Origin: Planctomycetota bacterium | GTDB lineage: Bacteria > Planctomycetota > UBA11346 | Direction: 5' to 3' | DNA: 64,000 nucleotides | NCBI GenBank assembly: GCA_038231435.1 | Contig: JBBRLJ010000026.1 | Location: forward strand, 4,991-68,990 | Part shown: in pieces, positions 41,801-50,893 of the stretch | Layout: the number at the start of each line of letters is the position of its first letter | How positions within the stretch are numbered: position 1 is the stretch's first letter | Notes under the pieces: generated by a model | The model's database searches: none | What the model was told of the DNA's origin: nothing | What the model saw: only the letters and a program-made list of their open reading frames with translations | Program-made: the position numbers and the translations under genes

Positions 41801-41865
41801 GCGGCGTCTCCGCGGCGCCCATGGCGATCGGACTGCAGGATCTGGAGCAGGAACGCGTCCGCCAT
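38812..41865 (-). CDS. large orphan alpha-helical protein (1017 aa), function unknown
   Basis: Uninterrupted 3054-nt frame, high GC3, Ala/Leu/Arg-rich helical composition. No P-loop, metal or catalytic motifs were seen. The plus-strand ORF 40141..42480 is its antisense shadow. Confidence 0.6.
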   Translation of the reverse strand: MADAFLLQILQSDRHGRRGDAAVSTLDEYLDRSGGEGWNRIRDNARVRPYLVDDDTLEALQRRMAEAPASFFALLLDVAAKDAERREALVGRYLALLPRFTAPALDTAGYNLHEYCALLDASWLAAVAEHGASSPEGAWGICESAAMYRPALILSEHLAWMERHRTAAPKSHGVALLSLAGHRPDEASVLIASVLRVVAEHPAASLEAIAAVAADQGALQVPELVAAVRAHLPAAPEAGWKFFAGAAHARPELFDDAMLDALGALAVTEPGTLLTILRRLIDVHPQRARALFDRYVALVLRFPKPGIHSVKYSFQHDAIALVRPDVVQALCAGFAADAYGAYDFLHRCAKERPELIGVSEVDAALRNIPHATNFAFGFFKTLLGLRPEFTRECTLALFECLALEPVNRSFVRAEEMESLIAISEAAHIRSGLEQALREPPRVGSRRARALMAIMFRQKLRARRQVLLEALRYAATVVLWRKIPPHRRGADGEESEKFSPIWDFLMFIIDSSGDDAVSTASAESYLEGAFQLHYLCATGAEHEEFLRKFDIGHPPDHPFPPSVGFLSADAELSGLHSLVAELRRRFDAPTKPGPLEAFAARAAAADGEASVIAARIAASDPGKRRGLEERLASLRRQLACWSDPAYRLALADPGDGAAAALSSDARALLKREKKDLAKTLRDSLRAEATAIAVAAVERSRMVLYRNRVRDVLGRDVDIERVEAKILPAFLWFQAIGNLPENTRWLRRLIEDRIAGREHAWLRDEPAALAWATRVREARPGITLERWRAPFSKQVQYRAKDSQAEKRRRIKADLAQTRALLERAGAEGLAAEDYEELAAAFAALAAGIPAREETPDEDAAGARRPRQPPDPELMQEVQMNLERVRLAEQTPDSDYEGSLTLSVESDPFEILFMGEYGFASCLSLRGINAWSAVSNAIDVDKTVAWAREAGGNVVGRRLLALTPEGILAFRTYTNRHGLALDRVFDDFVSTYASHCGTVVAHRGHPRALLSDRWYDDGAL

Positions 41866-42027
41866 GGCTCGGGATCGTCGCTGGAATCCACCGCCATGCC
41901 ATCGTCAGGCCGCGGGCATGGGCGTCCGTCGTGCGTCGTCCCACGGACGACGCAGGATTTCTTCCCCACCTTGCGCCCCAATCCACCGCGCGATGCTCGG
42001 CGCGCGGAGCGCTGTCCGCTGGAGCCC

Positions 42028-42480
42028 ATGCCGACGATCTACATCGACGCCGACGCCTGCCCGGTGAAGGACGAGACCTATCGCATCGCCAAGCGCCATG
42101 GCCTGGTGGTGATCGTGGTCGCGAACTCGTGGATGAACATGCCCAACGACACCCAGGTGCGCCTCGAAGTGGTGGGCGACGGCTTCGACGCCGCCGATGA
42201 CTGGATCGCCGAGCGCTCCGGCCGCGCCGACATCGTCATCACCGAGGACATCCCTCTGGCCGCGCGCTGCATCGCCGCGGGCGCGCGGGTACTCACCGGA
42301 CGAGGTGTGATCCATGACGAGAGCTCGATCGGAAGCGCGCTGGCGACCCGCGAGCTGATGCAGTACTTGCGCGACGCCGGGACCATGAAGGGCGGGCAGA
42401 AGCCGATGCAGGATCGCGATCGGGCGCTCTATGCGCGTGAGCTGGAGCGGCTGGTCAACGAGGTGAAGCGCGCGGGCTGA
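42028..42480 (+). CDS. yaiI: YaiI/YqgE-like UPF0178 (DUF188) protein
   Basis: GGAG then ATG at 42028. MPTIYIDADACPVKDETYRIAKRHG...IVITEDIPLAARCIAAGARVLTGRG matches the YaiI family N-terminus. Confidence 0.7.
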   Translation: MPTIYIDADACPVKDETYRIAKRHGLVVIVVANSWMNMPNDTQVRLEVVGDGFDAADDWIAERSGRADIVITEDIPLAARCIAAGARVLTGRGVIHDESSIGSALATRELMQYLRDAGTMKGGQKPMQDRDRALYARELERLVNEVKRAG

Positions 42481-42542
42481 CTGCCGCGCGCTTCAGCTTA
42501 TTGAATCTCTTGGACGAGCCGATCCGCGCGCCAAGGACGGGC

Positions 42543-43176
42543 TCACGGCGGAGCGGTGATCCATTCGCCGGTGCCGTCGATCGTGCTCAGGCTGCGGCGG
42601 GTGAATTCCTTGCCGTCGGCGGTGTATTCGAAGACCAGATCGTTGCGGTAGGCCGGATCGGGGGTGCCGGCGTCGCTGCGGATGCGCACGGTGGTGGTGT
42701 AGCTGCGCGTCGAGCCGGGCACCGTGAGATTGCGCACCTGCCACAGGAAGGGTCGGTGCCAGGCGTCCATCGGATGGGTCGCGACGTCGGGGAGCGCAGG
42801 CGAGAACGGCCCGGTGCCCAGGCCGCTGCTGTCGCGCAGCAGCTGCCTGCCCGAGAACTCGATGTAGGCCGGCTTGCCATTCGCGACCGGGATGCGGTAG
42901 AGGTGCAGCCACGGATCGCGCGCGAACTCGGTCTGGTCGGCGGCGTCGCCCAGGCTCGCGTAGTCGCCCAGGTACGCCGATACCGCGACGCCGAGATGCA
43001 GCATCAGATCCCAGGTGGCGACCTTGCGCTGCTGTTCGCGCAGCATCGCCAGGGCGGGGAGCAGCAGGCCGGCGAGCGCCGCGATGACGCTGATCACCAC
43101 CAGCAGCTCGAGGATCGAGAAGCCACGGCGGGAGCGATTCCGGCCATGATGTCCGGGAGCGGCACGCATGGTCATT
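42543..43176 (-). CDS. prepilin-type N-terminal cleavage/methylation domain protein (pseudopilin-like, 210 aa); last gene of the operon
   Basis: RRGFSILELLVVISVIAALAGLLLPAL (G|FSxxE). The ATG overlaps the upstream stop (ATGA). Confidence 0.7.
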
Positions 43177-44239
43177 TCACCTCGATGGGCGCGGACATCA
43201 GGCCGATGGCCTTGCGCGATGGGGAGACCCGCGAGATGCCCTTGCGCACCCCCGACCACGGCGCGGTCTTCACCGCGTTCTCGTCCCACAGGTATTTCGG
43301 TTCCGATGGCGGCATGCAGATCGCGGTGGTCTGTTCCCACATCGCTGTGAGCGTGGGGTACCACTGCCCGACCACGTTGCTCGCGTCCGGCGGCACCTTG
43401 CCGCCGGGGATCTTGACATCGTCGAGCGCCGGACCGGCCGAGGCGGCGACGATGTAGGTGGAGCGGTTGTACTGGTACATCTCGGCGGCCTGCTGCAGGT
43501 AGTGGTCGTTGGCGAAGCGCTTGCGGCCGTCGGAGAGCGTGTCGGCGCGGTTGCATTCGGGCGGCTGGAACAGCGCGTAGGACATCAGCAACGGATTGCC
43601 CCAGGCATCGTTCCACGGCCGCTTGGTCGAGCGGTCGGTATAATAGGTGGTGACGTCGGTGATGATGCCGGCGACCTTGAGGATCTCGGCCGACTTGCGC
43701 GGCCAGAACTCGGCCAGGTTGTGCTTCTCGGGCACTCGCCAGGCGGCGGCATCCGCGACGGTGACGCTCGGATCCGGCAACGTCAGCGGACCGGCGTACC
43801 ACGGCTCGTGGATCTCGTACAGGCGCGGCTGGCCCCAGGGATAGGCCATCACCAGCGGCGCGCCGGGGCTGGGCACGACGATCACCGGATTGCCGGAGCC
43901 GGTGGCGGTGGTCTTCGGATAGCAGTCGTGCCACAGCGTACCGACCGGATCGGGCATGACGGTGGGAGTATTGGCGACGATCCGGCGCACGAAGGTCTGG
44001 GTTCCCGCGAGGCCCGCATCGCGCTGCAGCGACGGCGTGGCGAGGTTTCCCGAGCCCTGCCCGAGTTGCGCGACCGCCTGCAGCGCGCCCTCGATGCGGC
44101 TGATGGTCAGGATCACCTGCGCACGTTCGCGCGCGGCGATCAAGGCGCCGAGGATGAGCCCGGCGAGGATCGCGATGATCGAGAGCACGATCACGATCTC
44201 GACCAATGTGAAGCCGCGCCTGGTCGCTGCGGATCTCAT
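43172..44239 (-). CDS. prepilin-type N-terminal domain protein (pseudopilin-like, 355 aa)
   Basis: MRSAATRRGFTLVEIVIVLSIIAILAGLIL. ATGA overlap with the upstream gene. Confidence 0.7.
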   Translation of the reverse strand: MRSAATRRGFTLVEIVIVLSIIAILAGLILGALIAARERAQVILTISRIEGALQAVAQLGQGSGNLATPSLQRDAGLAGTQTFVRRIVANTPTVMPDPVGTLWHDCYPKTTATGSGNPVIVVPSPGAPLVMAYPWGQPRLYEIHEPWYAGPLTLPDPSVTVADAAAWRVPEKHNLAEFWPRKSAEILKVAGIITDVTTYYTDRSTKRPWNDAWGNPLLMSYALFQPPECNRADTLSDGRKRFANDHYLQQAAEMYQYNRSTYIVAASAGPALDDVKIPGGKVPPDASNVVGQWYPTLTAMWEQTTAICMPPSEPKYLWDENAVKTAPWSGVRKGISRVSPSRKAIGLMSAPIEVK

Positions 44240-45219
44240 TTGAGGTCCCCGCCAGCGACCAGCTGGACGTTGTCGTGGCCCGCGTCGAGATCGTCACCGG
44301 AAAACGTGGTGGCGTCGGCGGCGGTCTCGATCGTGGCGTTGTGGCCGGGATTGACCCGGAAGAAGCCGTCGGGCCCCGAGCTGGTCAGGCAGATCACGCC
44401 GTTGCCGGTCAGGCTGTAGAGGATCTCGCGGCCCCAGGCGTCGTAGATGGCGATGCCGCGCAGGCGGTAGCCGCTGCGGCTGCTGGTGTCGGGGTTGGTG
44501 AATGTCGAGCCCTTCCATGCCGAGGAGGCGCCGGCGGCCTCGGGTGGGATCCACACCCGGCCGCCGGCTCCGGACACGCCCTTTGATTCGTCGGCCTCGC
44601 TCAGCGCACCGAGCTTCTGCAATTCGGTGAGGGCGTTGCCGCGATTGAGGGCGAACTGCACGGCCTGCGATGAATCACCAGGCGTGGCCAACGACGACAC
44701 CAGGCAGTCGAGGTTGGGATAGGCGACGATGTCGTCGGGATTGGCGATCACCGCCGTCGCGACCGACGGCAGCGGCAGGCGGCGGTACTTCTGCACCTCC
44801 TTGAGTGAGGCGCCGAGCACGCCGAGATCGCTGCGGCGCACGCCGAACAGCGCCGGCACGCGCGGATCCGCGAAACGATCGTCGGGCAGCATCAGGCGCG
44901 GCTGGAACGCGGCGGGCAGGTTCACGGCTGGCACGCCGGTGAGCGCCAGGCCGGCGGTGGCCAGGGCGGTGGCGCCGCGCGTGAAGATGAAGCGCGGCTC
45001 GGCGCTGCCGGCGAGCGGGTGCTCGGCCGGGGCTAGCGCGCCGCCGCGCTCCATGCGCTGCAGCTCGAGGCCCTGCAGCACGATGGTGAGGATCGCCGAG
45101 GTCTTCTGCGACTTGGCGTTCTTCATCATCGCGCTGGAGCCGATGATCATCATGCCCGTGAGCAGGCTGATGATGGTGATCACGACCAGGACCTCGATCA
45201 GCGTGAAGGCGTGGCGCAT
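44236..45219 (-). CDS. prepilin-type N-terminal domain protein (pseudopilin-like, 327 aa)
   Basis: MRHAFTLIEVLVVITIISLLTGMMI. The start shares 1 nt with the upstream TGA (TGATG). Confidence 0.7.
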   Translation of the reverse strand: MRHAFTLIEVLVVITIISLLTGMMIIGSSAMMKNAKSQKTSAILTIVLQGLELQRMERGGALAPAEHPLAGSAEPRFIFTRGATALATAGLALTGVPAVNLPAAFQPRLMLPDDRFADPRVPALFGVRRSDLGVLGASLKEVQKYRRLPLPSVATAVIANPDDIVAYPNLDCLVSSLATPGDSSQAVQFALNRGNALTELQKLGALSEADESKGVSGAGGRVWIPPEAAGASSAWKGSTFTNPDTSSRSGYRLRGIAIYDAWGREILYSLTGNGVICLTSSGPDGFFRVNPGHNATIETAADATTFSGDDLDAGHDNVQLVAGGDLK

Positions 45220-46448
45220 CACCAGTTCCCCGGGGATTTCAGCAGGCGTTGGATGTAGCGGATGGTGCCGCCGTAGTTGCGCGGTTCGGGAGTGGAGAGG
45301 CCATCGCAATAGATGTCCTGGCCCCAGGTGCGCGAATAGTTGATCGGCACGCCGGTGGTCCAGGTGTCGTTGGGCTGGCGGCCGATGCTCATCTTGCCCG
45401 GGTCGGGCGGGAATGGCCCGGGATTGTTCTCGTCGATCTTGGCGAAGTACGGGATGTAGTGGTCGAGCTCGCCGCCGCCCACCGCGGGGCTCCATTCGAC
45501 GCGGTACCAGCGCCGCAGCTCGCCGGCCTGGAGGATCTCGAAGAGGCCCTGGCTGTTGGCGAACAAGTCGGTGGCGGTCTCGCTCACTACCTCGGCCCAG
45601 TCTTTGAAGCCCATCGTGCCGCCAGCGCCGGTGGTGACGATGAAGGTGGCTCCGGCTGGCCCGGCGTTCGCGGGCCGATCGCTCTCGTCGCCGTATTCGC
45701 GGTAGAGGCGGAACCACGCCAGGCCGTTCGACCCGGGCACGTCGCCCGCGTCGCCCTTTGCCCACATCGCACGCTGGTCGGCGACCGTCGGGCTGCCGAT
45801 CACGTACGGAGGCGCGCTGTCATCGGTGACCGGCTTGGGATCGACGTTGACCAGGAACGGGATGCCGAAGGTCTCGGGCACCGCCGGGTCGGTGGGGATC
45901 GGATTCTGGCACATGCGTTGCTCGACCGCGAATGGCGGACGCTTCCAGCGGTACATCGGCGCGCGTATGTGCGTGCGCCGCGCCGGCCAAGTTCCCGCGG
46001 TCCACAGCTTGGCGCCGGTCTTGTCGCGCGGCCCGAGCAGGTACGGGGCGCCGCGGGTGCCAGGCGTGATGTCGGCGGCTTGGCCGATCTCGGCGGGATC
46101 GCGGGGATCGATCCAGCCCCAGGCTTCGCGCGGATCCAGGCAGGAGCCGTCGGCATTCATCTTGGCGTAGCCGAGGCGCGAGGCCTCGCACAGATAGGCC
46201 ATGGCGGCGTGGAGCATGACCCGGCACTGCACGGTGCGCAGCAGCACGTCGGCCTGCTGGGCCTCGCCGCGCATGCGCACCAGGAAGGCGACCGCGAGCA
46301 TGACGATCATGCACACCATGCCCGCGACCAGCAGCAGCAGCGCGCCGCGCCTGGTTGGCGATGGCGATGGCGATCCCATTGCCGATGGCCGACGTGGCAG
46401 GATCACGTGGACGGTCGCTGCGCGCTCGGGCATGGTCGTGTCATCCAT
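45219..46448 (-). CDS. membrane-anchored protein of the pseudopilin operon (no G|F cleavage motif; GspK-like position)
   Basis: N-terminal TM GALLLLVAGMVCMIVMLAVAFLV. Large periplasmic domain. The start ATG overlaps the upstream gene's end by 8 nt (ATGGATGA). Confidence 0.5.
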   Translation of the reverse strand: MDDTTMPERAATVHVILPRRPSAMGSPSPSPTRRGALLLLVAGMVCMIVMLAVAFLVRMRGEAQQADVLLRTVQCRVMLHAAMAYLCEASRLGYAKMNADGSCLDPREAWGWIDPRDPAEIGQAADITPGTRGAPYLLGPRDKTGAKLWTAGTWPARRTHIRAPMYRWKRPPFAVEQRMCQNPIPTDPAVPETFGIPFLVNVDPKPVTDDSAPPYVIGSPTVADQRAMWAKGDAGDVPGSNGLAWFRLYREYGDESDRPANAGPAGATFIVTTGAGGTMGFKDWAEVVSETATDLFANSQGLFEILQAGELRRWYRVEWSPAVGGGELDHYIPYFAKIDENNPGPFPPDPGKMSIGRQPNDTWTTGVPINYSRTWGQDIYCDGLSTPEPRNYGGTIRYIQRLLKSPGNW

Positions 46449-47883
46449 CGAGATTCGGCCGGCCGGGGGTCCACCAGAAATCGGTGGATGCGCTCGGACT
46501 CAGGGTGCGCTGGAGCCGGGCTCCGCGCAGGGTGGTGCCGAGCGCCGGAAAATTCACCTGGATCATGCGTCCGCTGATCGGATCCACCTGGCGCACGTAG
46601 ACCATGTTGTAGAAGCCGTCCCAGGTCGCGAGGCGCCGCACGTCCACCGTCACCGCCGGCCAGTGCGTGGGCTTCTGGCTGAGCAGCGGCTGTTCGAGCG
46701 ACAGGTCGCTCGACATGATGGTCAGGGTGTCGTTGTAGACGTCGTTGTTGCTGGTGCTCGGCCCGTTGCCAGAGGTGCCGACATCCATGGTGCCCATCTC
46801 GCGGTTCATGCGGCAGGCGGCGGTCTGCTCGGCGGGAGTCGCGCCGGCGGCGGGCCCGGTGACGCCGGTGTGCCGCGTGTACATGAAGATCGGCCGCGAC
46901 ACCGGGCGTTCGAGCTGGCAGGTGAGCAGCTGCTGCTCCCAGTTGGTGATGATGCGCATCTGGCCGTGGTCAGCGCGGCTCGGATCGCGGTAGGATGTCG
47001 CGCTGTCGCGGTACCACACCTTGCGCAGCTCGAGCAGCTTCACCGAATGCGCCTGCTTGTCGCTCCAGGTGTTGTACGGCCCGTCGTAGACCTGGTAGGC
47101 GTCGACGATCGCGTTCGCCGGCAGGTAGCTCAGCCAGCCGAAGAAGCCGAGGCCGTAGTCCAGCCCGCGCTGCTGCTGCGGCAGCCACTGGCGCGGGTAT
47201 GGATCCGCCGGATCGGGCGCCTTCTGCAGAAAAACCGTGGGCCGCGGATCCGCGGCGGGGCCGGTCGACTGGAAGATCGCGTAATTGCCGTAGGGCGAGA
47301 TGTCGGTGAGCGAGGAGATCCAGTTGTCGCGGTACTGCGCCCACGGATCCGCTCCGGACCAGTTGTCGCCGATGCAGAAGTTGGCCGGGTCGCCGCGGTA
47401 CCAGGTGCGCGGATCGTTCGCCAGCCACAGGAAGTCGTACTGGCCGGCGCCGTCGTTCTGCACCGCGGTCGCACCGCTCTTCGGCCACGAGGCGTTGAAT
47501 GGCGTGAATGGCTGGCCGAGCTGGTTCCAGTCGCTGCCGTCCGCCGCATAGCTGCCGTCCGGGGTCAGCACCTTGGTCGGGGTGGTGCGCAGCGGCGTGT
47601 GGCCGTTGCGGTCGAGGTCGGTCCAGAAATCGACCATGTCGAGGCCGCGCAGCATGCCGCCGACCAGCAGGCGGTTCTCGACGCTCAGGCGCTCGGTGAT
47701 GACCATCGACTGGGTGGCGACGCGGAAACCCGCGTAGACCATGCCGATGATCACCAGGCTGAGGGTGAGCGAGATCAGCATCTCGACGATGGTGAAGCCG
47801 CGTGCGCGCGGGCTCAGGCGGGGATCGGCATCCGCCAGCCGGGCGAGGGTCGGCGACAGTGACGATGGGCGCGAGCGGCTCAT
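46441..47883 (-). CDS. prepilin-type N-terminal domain protein (large pseudopilin-like, 480 aa)
   Basis: ...PRARGFTIVEMLISLTLSLVIIGMVYAGF. ATGA overlap with the upstream stop. The annotated 1008-aa ORF is this gene plus an out-of-context upstream frame. Confidence 0.7.
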   Translation of the reverse strand: MSRSRPSSLSPTLARLADADPRLSPRARGFTIVEMLISLTLSLVIIGMVYAGFRVATQSMVITERLSVENRLLVGGMLRGLDMVDFWTDLDRNGHTPLRTTPTKVLTPDGSYAADGSDWNQLGQPFTPFNASWPKSGATAVQNDGAGQYDFLWLANDPRTWYRGDPANFCIGDNWSGADPWAQYRDNWISSLTDISPYGNYAIFQSTGPAADPRPTVFLQKAPDPADPYPRQWLPQQQRGLDYGLGFFGWLSYLPANAIVDAYQVYDGPYNTWSDKQAHSVKLLELRKVWYRDSATSYRDPSRADHGQMRIITNWEQQLLTCQLERPVSRPIFMYTRHTGVTGPAAGATPAEQTAACRMNREMGTMDVGTSGNGPSTSNNDVYNDTLTIMSSDLSLEQPLLSQKPTHWPAVTVDVRRLATWDGFYNMVYVRQVDPISGRMIQVNFPALGTTLRGARLQRTLSPSASTDFWWTPGRPNLDG

Positions 47884-50321
47884 TTGTTCAGCGTCCCCTG
47901 GATGCGCGGGTCGTAGAAGTTCACCACGCACACCGTCTGCGCGCGCAGCCGCACCGATGGCGATAGCGTGCCGGCGTTGGCTTCGGCGACCGGACGGTCC
48001 TTGTTGCTGCCCGAGTTGGCGGGATAGCCCTTCGGATTGCCGGGGCCGCTGGGCAGCGTGCCGGATTCCACCGCGTCGCGGTTGCAGCCGAAACGGCCGA
48101 GGAACACATTCATGTTGAACTGGTCCTTGTCGCCGAACTTCGCCGGCAGCGCCGCCTGGAGGAACTGGGCGCGGATATCTGGCGCCTGGCCGAGCACCGC
48201 CTGGTTCTCGCCGTTCGGACCTGGAGGACCGCCGAAGTTGTTGATCTCGCCGACCGTGTAGAGCAGGTCGGTGATGCGCAGCCCGGTGCCCGGATCCACG
48301 CTGGGCTCGCGGAACAGCGAGGTGAGTTCGGGATTGCGCGTGGCGTTGGCCTGGGTCGGGCCGGCGCGCTGCACGTTGAGCTGGCGCTGCAGCGGATTGC
48401 GTTTGCACCACGACGAGCCGTACCAGTCGGTGCCAGGGAAGAGCGTGGTCTGATCGGCGGCGGGCCCGACGATCGGATAGCGCGAGGCATCGATCAGCGC
48501 GCTCGGGCAGGTCTCGAAATCCTGGTACGACTGCCAATCGACCGCCCACACCACCAGCTGACGGCAACGTTCGCTGGCGTCGAAGGGCGCGGTCAGGTTG
48601 AAATGCCGCTTCGGCCCGAGCGCCTTCTGCACCGTGCCCGCGGCCAGCGGCACCGGCGAGTCGTTGTCGTCGAGCACGCCATCGGCGTTGGTATCGAGGG
48701 TGTGCGGCGGCGCAGCGTACGACGCGGGCTCGGTCCAGGGGGACCCTTCCCACGGGCGGTTCGCGGTGCCATCCCACGCATGGGTTCCATCGAACTTGCC
48801 ATCGCGAAGATCCACCACCCCATCGCCGTCGGTGTCCTTGGCGCGACCAGGAAACGAATAGGGCAGGCCGGGGTTGACGATCGCTTCGGGGTACAGGGCC
48901 TTCCACTGCCGCTGAACGACCTGACCACCGTTGATATAGGGAAGGAAGGTGCCCGCGGCGTTCGCCGGATAGGTCGCGGTGATGGGGTCGCTCCAGCAGT
49001 CGAGCTCGATCAGCGGATGGTCCATCATCACCTGCCGGTTCAGCGAACGCGGCGCGCCCCAGTCGTACGGGCCATTCTTGTCGGCGAAGGCGATGCCCAG
49101 GCGCAGAGCGGCCTCGTGCCAGCCGCGCACGTTGTCGATGGTGACGCCGACCGTGGTGAAGTCGGTGGCGCCGGGCATCATCGTCACCGACGGCGAGCCG
49201 CCGAGCAGGGCGCCACCGCCGGGGAATCCGGCGGGGTAATAGCGCGGCAGCGAGGCGGCGGCGTGCGCGAGATAGCGCATGCCAAGCACCTTCTTCCAAT
49301 CGGCGGAACCTGAGTTGGCGAGCGCGAAGGCGGCGGCGGTCGGCTCGCTCAGGCCCTGCAACGTGGCCTGCGGGATGCCCGCGACCTCGATGCAGTACCA
49401 CATCGCGATCGCGACGTACGCCTCGTTGGCGCGCTTGGCGCGATCGAAGGCCGCCCCGGACACCCACACGAAGAAGCCGGAGAAATCAGGGGTCTGCGGC
49501 TTGTCGCCGGCATTGTGCAGGCTCAGGTCGTAGGGCTTGTAGCCGTAGTGCCAGGTGCCGGTGCCGTCGTTGTAGGTCGCGGTCGAGCACAGCACTTCCT
49601 GGATCTGCGGATCGCGGCACATCGCCTCGTAGTCCATCGCCTGCTGGAAGATGCCGCGATGATGATCGTCGCTGCCGGTCGGATCGACGAGCGCGCGCTC
49701 CTTCACGTGGCGCGGCGGCGACGGGTACCATTCCTGGTACGGCCCAACCTTGAGCGACGGGTGGTAGAGGATGGCGTTCTGCTGCGGCAGGCCGACCACG
49801 CCGATCAATAGCTTGCGGTAGAGCGGTTCCCAATGCGTCTGCGCCACCGGCTCGGGGCTGAACTGGGTGCCCACCGCCTCGTTGGGGACGCAGTAGTACA
49901 GGCGGCCGCCGGCATCGAGCAGACGCTGGATCTCGTCGTTGTCGCTGTCGAGCCGGCGCGCGATCGGCTCGGGCAAGGGCTTCACCGTGGAGCGCATGCT
50001 CTCGAGGTAGCTCTCGAGATCCGGGGCCATCGGCTTGTAGGTGACCGGGCTGTCCCAGGGATAGATCCCCTCCTTGTCCATGTCGTAGCCGTCGTTGACG
50101 ATGCCCGGCCCGGCGCCGTTGGACATCAGGTCGATGAGCTCCATCGCCTTCGCGGCGGCGAGCGCCTTGAAGCGCACCGAGGTCTGGGTGCGGATGCCTG
50201 CGGGCAGCAGCATGAAGGTCGCGACCACGGCGGTGGCGACCATCGCCATGCTGAAGGCGACCTCGATCAGGGTCAGGCCGGCGCGCCGTTCCTGGCAATT
50301 GCGATGGCGATCGGAGCGCAT
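47880..50321 (-). CDS. prepilin-type N-terminal domain protein (giant pseudopilin-like, 813 aa)
   Basis: MRSDRHRNCQERRAGLTLIEVAFSMAMVATAVVATFMLL. Start at 50321 overlapping the upstream stop. Long Gly/Pro/Asp/Trp-rich extracellular region. Confidence 0.7.
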   Translation of the reverse strand: MRSDRHRNCQERRAGLTLIEVAFSMAMVATAVVATFMLLPAGIRTQTSVRFKALAAAKAMELIDLMSNGAGPGIVNDGYDMDKEGIYPWDSPVTYKPMAPDLESYLESMRSTVKPLPEPIARRLDSDNDEIQRLLDAGGRLYYCVPNEAVGTQFSPEPVAQTHWEPLYRKLLIGVVGLPQQNAILYHPSLKVGPYQEWYPSPPRHVKERALVDPTGSDDHHRGIFQQAMDYEAMCRDPQIQEVLCSTATYNDGTGTWHYGYKPYDLSLHNAGDKPQTPDFSGFFVWVSGAAFDRAKRANEAYVAIAMWYCIEVAGIPQATLQGLSEPTAAAFALANSGSADWKKVLGMRYLAHAAASLPRYYPAGFPGGGALLGGSPSVTMMPGATDFTTVGVTIDNVRGWHEAALRLGIAFADKNGPYDWGAPRSLNRQVMMDHPLIELDCWSDPITATYPANAAGTFLPYINGGQVVQRQWKALYPEAIVNPGLPYSFPGRAKDTDGDGVVDLRDGKFDGTHAWDGTANRPWEGSPWTEPASYAAPPHTLDTNADGVLDDNDSPVPLAAGTVQKALGPKRHFNLTAPFDASERCRQLVVWAVDWQSYQDFETCPSALIDASRYPIVGPAADQTTLFPGTDWYGSSWCKRNPLQRQLNVQRAGPTQANATRNPELTSLFREPSVDPGTGLRITDLLYTVGEINNFGGPPGPNGENQAVLGQAPDIRAQFLQAALPAKFGDKDQFNMNVFLGRFGCNRDAVESGTLPSGPGNPKGYPANSGSNKDRPVAEANAGTLSPSVRLRAQTVCVVNFYDPRIQGTLNK

Positions 50322-50893
50322 CAGAATTCCTGGCTCGCGACGATGCCGATCTCGTAGATCGAGATCGCGCGCTTCAGCTGGTTGTCGAGCGTACGGATGC
50401 TCAGGTGATCGGGATTGCCCAGCGGCACCGAGCCGATCGCGATCGGCTGCAGGGTCACCGGATCGTGCGGCTCGCCGGTGGCGTAGTCGTAGAACCACGC
50501 CCAGTCCCCAGCCAGAGGCGCGTTGCCGCGGTAGATGAGCAGGTTCTCATTGAGGGTGCGGCGGCGCACCTCGGTTGCGGACGATGGCGTGTTAGGATCG
50601 CCGAGCACTACCGAGACGTAGGCGCGGCCGCTCACATTGGTGCCGATGCGTACGCCGTACTCGTAGCCGTTCGCCGGCGCCTGGTTCGTCCTGGCCATGC
50701 GCGACGCGTCATTGGAGGCCTCGACCAGATCACCGACCGCCTGATTCAGGCGTGCCTTGCGCAGGTTGCCGACCAGTCCACTCACCGAGAGCCCGGACAG
50801 CGTGATCATCACGCCGAGCACCACCATCAGCTCGACCGCGGTGATGCCGACGCGTGTCCGGCAGGTGGACGGCATGCGAGGGAGAGCGCTCAT
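50321..50893 (-). CDS. prepilin-type N-terminal domain protein (pseudopilin-like, 190 aa)
   Basis: ORF trimmed to MSALPRMPSTCRTRVGITAVELMVVLGVMITLSGL. The Arg/His-rich N-terminal extension in the track overlaps the upstream gene. ATGA overlap. Confidence 0.7.
   Translation of the reverse strand: MSALPRMPSTCRTRVGITAVELMVVLGVMITLSGLSVSGLVGNLRKARLNQAVGDLVEASNDASRMARTNQAPANGYEYGVRIGTNVSGRAYVSVVLGDPNTPSSATEVRRRTLNENLLIYRGNAPLAGDWAWFYDYATGEPHDPVTLQPIAIGSVPLGNPDHLSIRTLDNQLKRAISIYEIGIVASQEF

Noticed and set aside
40141-42480. 779-aa plus-strand ORF
   Set aside because: Arg/Gly/His-rich antisense shadow of the 1017-aa minus-strand gene. Only its last 150 codons (42028..42480, YaiI) are real.
46441-49467. 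1008-aa ORF in the track
   Set aside because: A composite. The true gene starts at the internal ATG 47883 (prepilin leader), overlapping the stop of the upstream 813-aa gene. The upstream extension is out-of-context Arg-rich sequence.
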